In this document: positions 1 through 11,854 of the stretch, piece after piece | How the letters are laid out: every line of letters begins with the position of its first letter | How positions within the stretch are numbered: the first letter of the stretch is position 1 | Assembly: GCA_036555805.1 (NCBI GenBank) | Contig: DATBKR010000686.1 | Span: forward strand, 1-48,311 | Origin: Hyphomicrobiaceae bacterium | GTDB taxonomy: Bacteria; Pseudomonadota; Alphaproteobacteria; Rhizobiales; Hyphomicrobiaceae | DNA length: 48,311 bases | Direction of reading: 5' to 3' | Translations under genes and position numbers: made by a program | The notes under the pieces: model-generated | What the model saw: only the letters and a program-made list of their open reading frames with translations | Told to the model about the DNA's origin: nothing | The model's database searches: none

Positions 1-105
1 GAAGTCGTGCGCGGCAATGCCATGAAACCCTACGGCGGCATCGCCTCCTCCGACACCCGCGCCAGGATCATCGCCTACCTGGAGGCGGGCGGCGCAGGCA
101 AATGA
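1..105 (+). CDS. 3' end of a c-type cytochrome gene (partial, runs off the window edge)
   Basis: Frame 1 reads EVVRGNAMKPYGGIASSDTRARIIAYLEAGGAGK followed by TGA at 103-105. G-N-A-M-x-P-Y-G-G ... I-A-Y-L resembles the Met-ligand and C-terminal helix region of class I cytochromes c. The CxxCH heme site would lie upstream of the window. Confidence 0.35.
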   Translation, partial: EVVRGNAMKPYGGIASSDTRARIIAYLEAGGAGK

Positions 106-185
106 GCGCCGCGCTCCGCGTGGCCCGCAAGAAGATGGCCCTGCAGCGGCCCCCAGTCCGCTTCCCGCCTGCTTGAGCTGCCAAT

Positions 186-461
186 CTACGAATTCGAGCG
201 GGCCAGCACGTCCATCAGCTCATCGATCTTGCGCGTCTGGTCGTCGAGGTCGTTGCTGCGCATCGCCTGCTTGACGCAGTGGCCGACGTGGTCGCGCAGG
301 ATCTCGTGCTCCACGCGGCGCAGGGCCGCCCGGACGGCCGAGAGCTGCGTCACGATGTCGATGCAGTAGCGGTCCTCATCGACCATGCGGGACAGACCGC
401 GCACCTGGCCCTCGATTCGGCTCAGGCGCTTCAGGCACGCAGATTTGACCGACTCGTTCAT
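186..461 (-). CDS. csoR: CsoR/RcnR-family (DUF156) metal-sensing transcriptional repressor, copper type
   Basis: 91 aa. Contains RLSRIEGQVRGL, a Cys in RYCIDI and HVGHC near the C-terminus, giving the C-H-C Cu(I) ligand pattern. Divergent from a Cu P-type ATPase gene, with an operator-like palindrome in the spacer. Confidence 0.85.
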   Translation of the reverse strand: MNESVKSACLKRLSRIEGQVRGLSRMVDEDRYCIDIVTQLSAVRAALRRVEHEILRDHVGHCVKQAMRSNDLDDQTRKIDELMDVLARSNS

Positions 462-470
462 GCCTTGACA

Positions 471-489
471 TATACCCTGGAGGGGTATA
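471..489. promoter_or_regulatory. CsoR-type operator: inverted repeat TATACCC-tggag-GGGTATA
   Basis: Perfect 7-bp arms at 471-477 and 483-489 in the 73-bp csoR/copA spacer. The GC-rich TACCC..GGGTA core matches my recollection of CsoR operators. It is flanked by TTGACA (465-470, + strand) and TTGACG (498-493, - strand). Confidence 0.6.
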
Positions 490-534
490 GCGCGTCAAAT
501 CGCTGCCATACGCCCGCAGGGTTCGGAGTCGATC

Positions 535-2943
<2,409 letters not shown>

Positions 2944-2998
2944 GATGCAGCCCGCCTCGCGCCCTATCGCATCGATTCGCGCTCCGGCTCTGCCGCCG

Positions 2999-3154
2999 CT
3001 ACAGATCGGGGCCGCCGGTCTTGGGCTCGTAGGTGCGCATGTAGCGGTCGTGACTGCGCTTGTACTGCTCCGGGTCGGTGGGACCGCCCTGGCAGGCCGT
3101 GAGCGCGAGCACCAGGGTGCATGCGCCTGCTAGAAGCAGAAGAACTCTCTTCAT
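2999..3154 (-). CDS. Small putative lipoprotein (51 aa), below the ORF-track length cut-off
   Basis: My own translation of the - strand: MKRVLLLLAGACTLVLALTACQGGPTDPEQYKRSHDRYMRTYEPKTGGPDL, then TAG. GGAG lies 6 nt upstream of the ATG (ggagaaaaccATG). There is a basic n-region, a hydrophobic core and an L-T-A-C lipobox. Confidence 0.45.
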   Translation of the reverse strand: MKRVLLLLAGACTLVLALTACQGGPTDPEQYKRSHDRYMRTYEPKTGGPDL

Positions 3155-3171
3155 GGTTTTCTCCCCGCGTT

Positions 3172-3269
3172 ACGTAGCTTGGGTCAAGCGAAGCGCAGAA
3201 CCCAGCATTTCTCGGGTTGCACGCGTCTCTGTTGGGTCTCCCCCGGCTTTCGCCGGGGTCGACCCTACG
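3172..3269. repeat. REP-like nested palindrome, degenerate TTGGGTC-core type (copy A)
   Basis: cgtagcTTGGGTCaagcgaagcgcagaACCCAgc...tctgTTGGGTCtcccccggctttcgccggggtcGACCCtacg. It aligns with the cleaner copy at 8341-8420 and lies between two convergent stop codons. Confidence 0.55.
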
Positions 3270-3273
3270 CCAC

Positions 3274-4038
3274 CTACGCAATCGTCACCCCGCCGTCGGC
3301 GACGATCACCGCACCGGTCATGAACGACGCCGCCTTGGAGGCGAGGAACGCCACGATGCCGCCGATCTCGTCGGGCTCGCCGATGCGCCTGAGCGGTGTG
3401 GCGTCCAGGCGCGGCTTCAGGGCGTCGGCGTTCTCCCACAGGGCGCGCGCGAAGTCGGTCTTGACGAGGCCGGGCGCGACGCAGTTGACGCGCACGTTCT
3501 TCCATCCCCACTCGGTTGCGAGACTGCGGGCGAGCTGGAAATCGGCGGCCTTGGAGATGCCGTAGGCGCCCAGCACCGCGCTGCCGCGCAAGCCACCTAT
3601 CGAGGACACGATGATTACGCTGCCGCCGCCCTTCTCGACCATGGCGGGGATGGCCCGGTTGCAGAGCCACAGGTTGCTCTTGATGTTGGAGCTCATGATC
3701 TTGTCGAACGCCTCGTCGGAGATGCCGCCGAGCGGCCCGAAATAGGGGTTGACGGCGGCGTTGCACACCAGCGTGTCGATCCTGCCCCACTGCTTCAGCG
3801 TGCCGTCGATCAGCCCCTCCACCTCGGCCCTGCGCGAGATGTTGCAGGGGATGACGAGCGCCTCGCCGCCGTCCTTGCGGATCGCCGCCGCCACCTCCTC
3901 GCAGGCGTCGGCCTTGCGGCTGGAGATCACCACCCTGGCGCCCAGTGCGGCCATGGTCTCCGCCGCCGAACGGCCGATGCCGCGGCTCGATCCGGTGATG
4001 ACGGCCACCTGGCCGGTGAGGTCGAACGGGTTGGTCAT
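3274..4038 (-). CDS. SDR-family NAD(P)-dependent oxidoreductase
   Basis: The track ORF 3274..4140 is trimmed to the Met of MTNPFDLTGQVAVITGSSRGIGRS (cat at 4036-4038, GAGGAGG upstream). Motifs: TGxxxGxG, NAAV, YGISK (YxxxK). About 254 aa, which is typical. Confidence 0.9.
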   Translation of the reverse strand: MTNPFDLTGQVAVITGSSRGIGRSAAETMAALGARVVISSRKADACEEVAAAIRKDGGEALVIPCNISRRAEVEGLIDGTLKQWGRIDTLVCNAAVNPYFGPLGGISDEAFDKIMSSNIKSNLWLCNRAIPAMVEKGGGSVIIVSSIGGLRGSAVLGAYGISKAADFQLARSLATEWGWKNVRVNCVAPGLVKTDFARALWENADALKPRLDATPLRRIGEPDEIGGIVAFLASKAASFMTGAVIVADGGVTIA

Positions 4039-4180
4039 GGCGCGGCGCCTCCTCGGAATGGACCGTTGTGATCGGCCGGGTATCCCCTTGCCCTTTACGT
4101 TAACTTGTTGCCAGAAGCGAGCCTCGCCCTTAACGTGCATGCATCATAGAGACCGGCCCGATACGCAGACAAGGACGGCG

Positions 4181-5878
4181 ATGGGAGAGGAGCGGCCCTG
4201 GCCCTGGGAGCGGAGCTACCCGCCCGGCGTGCGCTGGGATGCGCCTCTGGCGATTTCCACCATTCCACAGATGTTCGACGCCTTTACGGCGCAGTGGGGG
4301 CCCAAGCCGGCGCTGGAATACCGCGACCGCACGACCACCTACGCGGAGCTGCGCGCCGCCGTCGATGCCATGGCCTCGGGCCTGATGGAGCTGGGCGTTG
4401 GCCCCGGCACGGCGGTCGCGCTCTATCTGCCCAACACGCCGTATCATCCGATCGCGTTCTTCGCCGTGCTGAGGTGCGGGGGTCGTGTGGTGAACCTGTC
4501 TCCGCTGGACGCCGAACGCGAGTTGGCCTTCAAACTCAAGGATTCCGGCGCCCGCATCCTGGTGACGACCAACATCGGCTTCATGGCGCCGATGGCACTG
4601 AAACTGAAGGCCGACGGGCTCATCGACCAGCTGATCGTCGGCGACGACACCGCCTTCGGGCCCTCGGCGCTGCCCACCACGCCCATCGCCGCGGATGCGC
4701 CGGTGGTCCCCTTCGACCGGCTGCGCGAGGACGGTGCCGCCAGCCTGCCGCTCAAGTGGCCGGAGATCGACGTGGAGGGCATCGCGCTCCTGCAGTACAC
4801 CGGCGGCACCACCGGCCGGCCCAAGGGCGCGATGCTGACGCACGCCAACCTGAGCGCCACCTGCGCCATCTATAAGGCCTGGAGCGATCCACAGCGCATC
4901 TCGGCGCCCGGCGAGGACAAGGTGATCTGCGTCCTGCCGCTGTTCCATATGTACGCGCTGAGCGCGGTGATGCTGCGCTGCCTGTGCGAAGGCAACGAGC
5001 TGATGCTGCGGCCGCGCTTCGACGTGGCCACCACGCTCAACGACATCGAGGTGAAGCGCGCCACCGTCTTCCCCGGCGTGCCCACCATGTGGATCGCGCT
5101 CGCCAACGCCGCCGGCATCGAGCGGCGCGACCTCTCCTCGCTGCGCCGGGTCAGCTCGGGCGGCGCGCCGCTGCCGGTGGAGGTGGCGGAGCAGTTCCAC
5201 AGGCTTACCGGCCACCGCCTGGGCGGCGGCTGGGGCATGACGGAGACGTCGCCCGCTGGCACCACCCTGCCGCTGGAGTGGCCGCCGGGCAAGGCCGGTT
5301 CGGTGGGCCTGCCGCTGCCCGGCATCACGATGGACATTGTGTCCCTGGACGACCCGCGCCGCCGGCTGCCCCCCGGTGAGAAGGGCGAGATCCGCATCAA
5401 GGGCCCCAACGTGACCAAGGGCTATTGGAACGCGCCAGAGGAGACGGCCGCCGCCTTCATGGACGGATATCTGTTGACCGGCGACATCGGTTACATGGAC
5501 GAAGACAGCTATTTCTACTTGGTGGACCGCAAGAAGGACATGATCGTCTCCGCCGGGTTCAACGTCTATCCGCGCAGCATCGAGGAGGCGATCTACGAGC
5601 ACCCGAGCGTCGCCGAGGTGATCGTGATCGGCGTGCCCGATGCCTACCGCGGCGAGGCCGCCAAAGCGTTCGTGCGGCTCAAACCCGGCACCGGCGCCTT
5701 CACGCTCGACGAACTGCGCGCCTTCCTGGCCGACAAGCTCGGCAGGCACGAGCTGCCGGCGCACCTGGAATTCCGCGACGCCCTGCCGAAGACCGCCGTC
5801 GGCAAGCTGTCCAAGAAGGAGTTGATCGAGGAGGAGCGGCAGAAGGCCCAAGCTGCCTCCCGGTCTGCCGCCGAATAG
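4181..5878 (+). CDS. AMP-dependent acyl-CoA (dicarboxylate/fatty acid) ligase, PimA-like by context
   Basis: The track ORF 3749..5878 is trimmed to the ATG at 4181 (AAGGA upstream; [17 protein letters not shown]). AMP-binding motif [17 protein letters not shown]-terminal GKLSKKEL. Confidence 0.85.
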   Translation: MGEERPWPWERSYPPGVRWDAPLAISTIPQMFDAFTAQWGPKPALEYRDRTTTYAELRAAVDAMASGLMELGVGPGTAVALYLPNTPYHPIAFFAVLRCGGRVVNLSPLDAERELAFKLKDSGARILVTTNIGFMAPMALKLKADGLIDQLIVGDDTAFGPSALPTTPIAADAPVVPFDRLREDGAASLPLKWPEIDVEGIALLQYTGGTTGRPKGAMLTHANLSATCAIYKAWSDPQRISAPGEDKVICVLPLFHMYALSAVMLRCLCEGNELMLRPRFDVATTLNDIEVKRATVFPGVPTMWIALANAAGIERRDLSSLRRVSSGGAPLPVEVAEQFHRLTGHRLGGGWGMTETSPAGTTLPLEWPPGKAGSVGLPLPGITMDIVSLDDPRRRLPPGEKGEIRIKGPNVTKGYWNAPEETAAAFMDGYLLTGDIGYMDEDSYFYLVDRKKDMIVSAGFNVYPRSIEEAIYEHPSVAEVIVIGVPDAYRGEAAKAFVRLKPGTGAFTLDELRAFLADKLGRHELPAHLEFRDALPKTAVGKLSKKELIEEERQKAQAASRSAAE

Positions 5879-5909
5879 GCCCCCCACCCCCGCAGAAGAG
5901 GACCACCCC

Positions 5910-7091
<1,182 letters not shown>

Positions 7092-7106
7092 GGGAGGAGA
7101 AGCCCA

Positions 7107-8327
7107 ATGGACCTTCGCTTCAGCCCCGAGGAGAACGCCTTCCGCCAGGAGCTGCGCTCCTTCTTCCGATCGGCGGTGCCGGAGAGCATCCGCAACAAGG
7201 TGAGCGAGGACCGGCACATCTCCAAGGCGGAATGGGTGACCGCGCACAAGGCCCTGCACGCCAAGGGCCTGGCCGTGCCGCACTGGCCCAAGGCGTGGGG
7301 CGGCGCCGATTGGACGCCGGTGCAGCACTACATCTACACCGAGGAGCTGCAGTTCAACGGCGTGCCCCAGCCCCTGCCCTTCAACGTGGCCATGTGCGGG
7401 CCGGTGGTCATCGCGTTCGGCACGGAGGACCAGAAGCGGCGCTTCCTGCCGCGCATGGCGTCGCTCGACGATTGGTGGTGCCAGGGCTTCTCGGAGCCCG
7501 GAGCCGGCTCCGACCTCGCCGGCCTCAAGGCCACCGCCGTGCGTGCAGGCAGCCCAGGGGGCGACCACTACATCGTCAACGGCCAGAAGACCTGGACCAC
7601 GCTGGCCCAGCATGCCGACTGGATTTTCTGCCTGGTGCGCACCGATCCCGCCGCCAAGAAGCAGCTCGGCATCTCCTTCCTGCTGATCGACATGAAGACG
7701 CCGGGCATCACCGTGCGCCCGATCCAGACCATCGACGGCGGGCGCGAGGTCAACGAGGTGTTCTTCGACGACGTGAAGGTGCCGGTGGAGAACCTGGTGG
7801 GCGAGGAGAACCGCGGCTGGGACTGCGCCAAGTTCCTGCTCGGCAACGAGCGCACCGGCATCGCCCGCGTCGGCTACACCAAGCAGCGCGTGCAGCGCAT
7901 CAAGGCGCTCGCCGCCCGCGTGTATGCCGGAGACAGGCCGCTGATCGAGGACGAACGCTTCCGCGAGAAGCTGGCCGCCATCGAGGTGGAGCTGAAGGCC
8001 CTGGAGATGACGCAGATGCGCATCCTCTCCGAGGATCGCCATCGCAGGGACCGGACGCCCAACCCGATGTCGTCGATCCTCAAGATCAAGGGCAGCGAGA
8101 TCCAGCAGGCCACCACCGCGCTGGCGCTGGAGATCGCCGGCCCCCTGGCGCTGCCCTACCGGTCGGAGCGCGACGACCCCGAGTTCGGCTCCAACGAGCC
8201 GCCGCAGGACCTCGAATGGGCGGCCCCGGCCGCGCCCGCCTATTTCAACTACCGCAAGGTATCGATCTACGGCGGCTCCAACGAGATCCAGCACAACATC
8301 CTGGCGAAGGCGGTGCTGGGGCTGTGA
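7107..8327 (+). CDS. pimC: Acyl-CoA dehydrogenase, pimeloyl-CoA dehydrogenase large-subunit-like
   Basis: 406 aa. MDLRFSPEE..., DDWWCQGFSEPGAGSDLA, NGQKTWTTLAQHADWIFCLVRTDP, KIKGSEIQQ and a C-terminal YGGSNEIQHNILAKAVLGL closely match my memory of PimC-type proteins of Rhodopseudomonas/Bradyrhizobium. The gene order ligase-thiolase-ACAD-ACAD also fits. Confidence 0.75.
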   Translation: MDLRFSPEENAFRQELRSFFRSAVPESIRNKVSEDRHISKAEWVTAHKALHAKGLAVPHWPKAWGGADWTPVQHYIYTEELQFNGVPQPLPFNVAMCGPVVIAFGTEDQKRRFLPRMASLDDWWCQGFSEPGAGSDLAGLKATAVRAGSPGGDHYIVNGQKTWTTLAQHADWIFCLVRTDPAAKKQLGISFLLIDMKTPGITVRPIQTIDGGREVNEVFFDDVKVPVENLVGEENRGWDCAKFLLGNERTGIARVGYTKQRVQRIKALAARVYAGDRPLIEDERFREKLAAIEVELKALEMTQMRILSEDRHRRDRTPNPMSSILKIKGSEIQQATTALALEIAGPLALPYRSERDDPEFGSNEPPQDLEWAAPAAPAYFNYRKVSIYGGSNEIQHNILAKAVLGL

Positions 8328-8340
8328 TGCTACGCCAACT

Positions 8341-8420
8341 GTAGGTTGGGTCGAGCGAAGCGAGACCCAACAACCTCTGTTGGGTCTGCCGCCGGCTTCG
8401 CCGGCGTTGACCCAACCTAC
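8341..8420. repeat. REP-like nested palindrome, TTGGGTC-core type (copy B)
   Basis: The outer arm GTAGGTTGGGT (8341-8351) pairs with ACCCAACCTAC (8410-8420). Inner hairpins are TTGGGTC...GACCCAA and GTTGGGTC..GCCGGCttcGCCGGC..GACCCAAC. It lies in the 137-bp pimC-pimD spacer. Confidence 0.8.
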
Positions 8421-8464
8421 GGGAGCGCGAGGCCGGGCGGCAAGCGCGGGGAGAGGGAGAAGCG

Positions 8465-9622
8465 ATGGACTTCGATCTGAGCGACGAGCAGCGGCAGCTG
8501 AAGGAGAGCGTGGAGCGGCTGCTCGCCGACGCCTACGGCGATCTCAACCTGCGCAAGGGCTATATCAAGGAGCCGAGAGGCTACAGCGCGGCGTTGTGGC
8601 AGCAGTATGCCGACCTGGGCCTGCTCGCAGCGCCCTTCGCCGAGGAGCACGGCGGCCTCGGCCTGGGGCCCACGGAGGCCATGATTGTCGCCGAGGCGCT
8701 CGGCCGCGCGCTGGCGGTGGAGCCCTACATGGCCGCCATCGTGCTCGCCGGCGGCGCGCTGCGCCAGGCCGGCAACGCCGCGCTGCTCGCCGACCTCGTG
8801 CCGGCCATCGCCGCCGGCCAGCTCACCCTCGCCCTGGCGCACCAGGAGCGGCAGGCGCGCTACGATCTGGCCGACACCGCCACCACCGCCCGCGCCGACG
8901 GCAAGGGCGGCTACACGCTGGAGGGCGAGAAGGTGGTGGTCCTCGCCGGCGACAGCGCCGACAAGCTCATCGTCTCCGCGCGGGCATCGGGCGCGCGCGC
9001 CGACCGCGGCGGCATCGGCCTGTTCCTGGTCGATGCCAAGGCCAATGGCGTCACCCGGCGCGGCTATCCCACACAGGACGGCATGCGCGCGGCGGACGTC
9101 ACGCTCTCCGGCGTCAAGGTGGCGCCGGAGGCGGTGCTGGCCGGACCGGACACGAATCCGGGGGGCCTCGAGGTGCTGGAGCGGGTGGTGGACGAGGCCC
9201 TCGCGGCGCTGGCGTCGGAGGCCGTGGGCGCCATGGCGGGGCTCACCGATCTCACCGTGGAGTATCTCAAGACGCGCAGGCAGTTCGGCGTGCCGATCGG
9301 CTCGTTCCAGGTGCTGCAGCACCGTGCCGTGGACATGCTGACCGCCCTGGAGCAGGCACGCAGCATGGCCTTCTACGCCACCATGATGGCGACCGAGCCG
9401 GACGCCCAAGAGCGCCGCAGGGCAATGGCGGCGGCCAAGGTGCAGATCGGCCGCTCGGGCCGCTATGTGGGCGAGAGCGCCATCCAGCTCCACGGCGGCA
9501 TCGGCATGACCATGGAGTACAAGGCCGGCCACTACTTCAAGCGCCTCTCCATGATCGACCTCGCCTTCGGCGACGCCGGCCACCACCTGCGCGAACTGGC
9601 CCGGATGGGCGGGCTGTCGTAG
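8465..9622 (+). CDS. pimD: Acyl-CoA dehydrogenase, pimeloyl-CoA dehydrogenase small-subunit-like
   Basis: 385 aa. MDFDLSDEQRQLKESV..., YLKTRRQFGVPIGSFQVLQHRAVDM, IQLHGGIGMTMEYKAGHYFKR. It lies directly downstream of the large-subunit-like gene. Confidence 0.75.
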   Translation: MDFDLSDEQRQLKESVERLLADAYGDLNLRKGYIKEPRGYSAALWQQYADLGLLAAPFAEEHGGLGLGPTEAMIVAEALGRALAVEPYMAAIVLAGGALRQAGNAALLADLVPAIAAGQLTLALAHQERQARYDLADTATTARADGKGGYTLEGEKVVVLAGDSADKLIVSARASGARADRGGIGLFLVDAKANGVTRRGYPTQDGMRAADVTLSGVKVAPEAVLAGPDTNPGGLEVLERVVDEALAALASEAVGAMAGLTDLTVEYLKTRRQFGVPIGSFQVLQHRAVDMLTALEQARSMAFYATMMATEPDAQERRRAMAAAKVQIGRSGRYVGESAIQLHGGIGMTMEYKAGHYFKRLSMIDLAFGDAGHHLRELARMGGLS

Positions 9623-9635
9623 GTGTCGTAGTGTC

Positions 9636-9716
9636 GTAGGGTGCAATAATCGGCAGCGCATTGCACCGATCTCGCGCCATAACGGTGCAATGAGGCTTCG
9701 CCCTATTGCACCCTGC
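9636..9716. repeat. REP-like nested palindrome, GTGCAAT-core type (copy C)
   Basis: The outer arm AGGGTGCAATA (9638-9648) pairs with TATTGCACCCT (9704-9714). The inner arm CATTGCACC (9659-9667) pairs with GGTGCAATG (9684-9692). It contains the same GGCTTCGCC loop motif as copy B (9694-9702). It is preceded by three tandem TGTCGTAG octamers (9615-9639). Confidence 0.75.
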
Positions 9717-9721
9717 CCCGC

Positions 9722-10471
9722 CTACTTCGCGTCGTGGAAGATGAGCCCCAGCGTGAAGCGCTCGCCGGAGCGCAGGCGGCTGACGCCGTGGCGCATTTTG
9801 ACCCGATAGACGCCGCGCGCGCCGCGCACGGGCCGCTCGCGCACCGGGAACACCACGGCCTCGCCCTGCCTGACCGGCACCACCTCGGCCCGCGACTGCA
9901 TGCGCGGACGCTGCTCGGTGAGCACGAACTCGCCGCCGGTGAAGTCCGCGCCAGGCTCGGACAGCAGGATGGCCACCTGCAGCGGGAAGACGTGCTCGCC
10001 GTAGAGGTCCTGGTGCAGGCAGTTGTAGTCGCCGGCTTCGTATCGCAGCAGCAACGGCGTCGACCTGATCTGGCCGGCCCGGTGACACCGCTCCAGAAAC
10101 TCGACGTGCCGGGCCGGGTAGCGCACATCGATGCGCATGTCCTCGTTGAAGCGGTTGGCGATCGCTGCGAGCGGCGGGTAGAGCGCGGTGCGCAAGGCTT
10201 CGACAAGGGGCGGGAGCGGATACGCGAAATACTTGTACTCGCCGCGGCCGTAGCCGTGCCGGGCCATCACGATCCGGCTGCGGAACCGCGCTTCAGCGGT
10301 GAACATCGCGCCGATGGCGCGGCACTGCCGTGCCGAGAGCAGGGGGCCGACCGTTGCGCAGCCGTGCGCGTCCAGCTCCGCCCCAACCTCGGGCCACGCT
10401 ATGCGGTCGAGCGCGGCGGGAGCCGCGGGTCCGGTCGTCGCGCTGTCCTTCGGTTCCGCTGTTCGCACCAC
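9722..10471 (-). CDS. 2OG-Fe(II) oxygenase superfamily protein (COG3826-like)
   Basis: 249 aa. HxD in NCLHQDLYGE, a distal His in KMRHGVSRL, then RxS. The overall pattern fits the prolyl-hydroxylase-like double-stranded beta-helix fold. Confidence 0.7.
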   Translation of the reverse strand: MVRTAEPKDSATTGPAAPAALDRIAWPEVGAELDAHGCATVGPLLSARQCRAIGAMFTAEARFRSRIVMARHGYGRGEYKYFAYPLPPLVEALRTALYPPLAAIANRFNEDMRIDVRYPARHVEFLERCHRAGQIRSTPLLLRYEAGDYNCLHQDLYGEHVFPLQVAILLSEPGADFTGGEFVLTEQRPRMQSRAEVVPVRQGEAVVFPVRERPVRGARGVYRVKMRHGVSRLRSGERFTLGLIFHDAK

Positions 10472-10681
10472 AATCGTCCGTCCTGGCTTGCGTCCGGCAG
10501 TCTATGCCAGGCCTGGGGGGCCCGCCGACCCGATTTACGCCAGTCCCGATCGAGCCGGCCGGGGGCGCCTCTGGGGCTGGCCCGTGTGAGCCTTTCTCAT
10601 GCGAAGTTCAAGCTCGCGTCGTTTGCACGCCGCATCCGGCTACGCGAGTATGGGCGGTCCCTTCCGCACGAGGTTCACGCG

Positions 10682-11815
10682 ATGACCACGCCGGTTCCAG
10701 CGCCGTTCACGCTGCATGTTCCCGACAGCGCCATCGCCGACCTCAAGGAGCGGCTGGCACGCACACGCTGGCCCGATGAGCCGCCGCTCGAGCCTTGGGC
10801 CACTGGGACGAGCGTGGCCTATATCAAGGACCTCGCGGAGTATTGGCGCACGAGCTTCGGCTGGGGCGCCTGGGAAACAAAGCTCAACTCATTCCGCCAG
10901 TTCACGGTGCCGATCGGCGGCATCGATCTGCACTTCATCCACGAGCCGGGCCGCGGGCCCAACCCGATGCCGCTGCTCATCTCCCACGGCTGGCCCGGCT
11001 CGGTGTTCGAGTTCCACAAGCTGATCCCGCTGCTCACCGAGCGCTTCACGGTGGTCGCGCCGTCGCTGCCCGGCTACACACTCTCGTTCAAACCGGGGCA
11101 GAAGCGCTTCGGCGTCGGCGAGATCGCCGATCTCTATGCCGAGCTGATGACCGACGTGCTCGGCTACCGGCGTTTCGGCGTGCAGGGCGGCGACTGGGGC
11201 GCCTTCGTCGCCTCGGTCATGGGCCTGCGCTATCCGGACCGGGTGTCCGGCGTCCATCTCAACCTGCTGGCGGTGCGGCGCGACCCGGCGATGCTGTCGA
11301 ACCCGACGCCCGAGGGGAAGGTCTATCTGGAGCAACTCCAGCACTTTCTCAAGGAGGAGACGGGTTACCAGTGGATTCAGGGCACCAGGCCCCAGACGCT
11401 GGCCTACGCCCTTACCGACTCGCCGGCAGGACTGCTGGCGTGGATCGTCGAGAAGTTCCGCGCCTGGACCGACAATACCGGCAGCCCAGAGGACGCCGTC
11501 AGCCGCGACGAGATGCTCGCCAACATCGCGCTCTACTGGTTCACGGGCGCGATCGGCTCGTCCTTCTGGCCCTATTACGCCCGCATGCACGGCCCCTGGC
11601 CGATTGCCGAGGGTCAGACGGTCGGTGTGCCCGTGGGCTACGCGCAATTCCCCAGGGAGATCCTGCGCCCCCCGCGCTCGCTCGCCGCCAAGACCTATAC
11701 CGACATCCGCCGCTGGAGCGTCATGCCCAAAGGCGGCCACTTCGCCGCCCTGGAGCAGCCGGAGGCTCTGGCGCGCGAGGTGGTTGAGTTCTTCCAAATC
11801 CTCGGAGCGGCGTAG
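10682..11815 (+). CDS. Epoxide hydrolase (microsomal-type, EHN N-terminal domain plus alpha/beta hydrolase)
   Basis: The track ORF 9734..11815 is trimmed to the ATG at 10682 (MTTPVPAPFTLHVPDSAIADLKERLARTRWPDE). Motifs: IHFIH-type segment, HGWPGS, nucleophile motif GGDWG. Confidence 0.85.
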   Translation: MTTPVPAPFTLHVPDSAIADLKERLARTRWPDEPPLEPWATGTSVAYIKDLAEYWRTSFGWGAWETKLNSFRQFTVPIGGIDLHFIHEPGRGPNPMPLLISHGWPGSVFEFHKLIPLLTERFTVVAPSLPGYTLSFKPGQKRFGVGEIADLYAELMTDVLGYRRFGVQGGDWGAFVASVMGLRYPDRVSGVHLNLLAVRRDPAMLSNPTPEGKVYLEQLQHFLKEETGYQWIQGTRPQTLAYALTDSPAGLLAWIVEKFRAWTDNTGSPEDAVSRDEMLANIALYWFTGAIGSSFWPYYARMHGPWPIAEGQTVGVPVGYAQFPREILRPPRSLAAKTYTDIRRWSVMPKGGHFAALEQPEALAREVVEFFQILGAA

Positions 11816-11854
11816 GTGCATGCTGCGGAAGCGGCCGGCACACCCTTCTGCAAA

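Noticed and set aside
3749-4180. Long N-terminal extensions offered by the ORF track. Examples: 3749..5878, 3274..4140, 9734..11815, 20101..21393, 22144..23730, 24335..25864, 25876..26772, 28879..29475, 29414..30562, 30334..31188, 32742..34850, 34487..35824, 36519..38330, 37355..38722, 40727..41749.
   Set aside because: The family-conserved N-termini begin at internal start codons preceded by Shine-Dalgarno-like sequences. The extensions overlap neighbouring genes or intergenic REP elements and read as low-complexity sequence.
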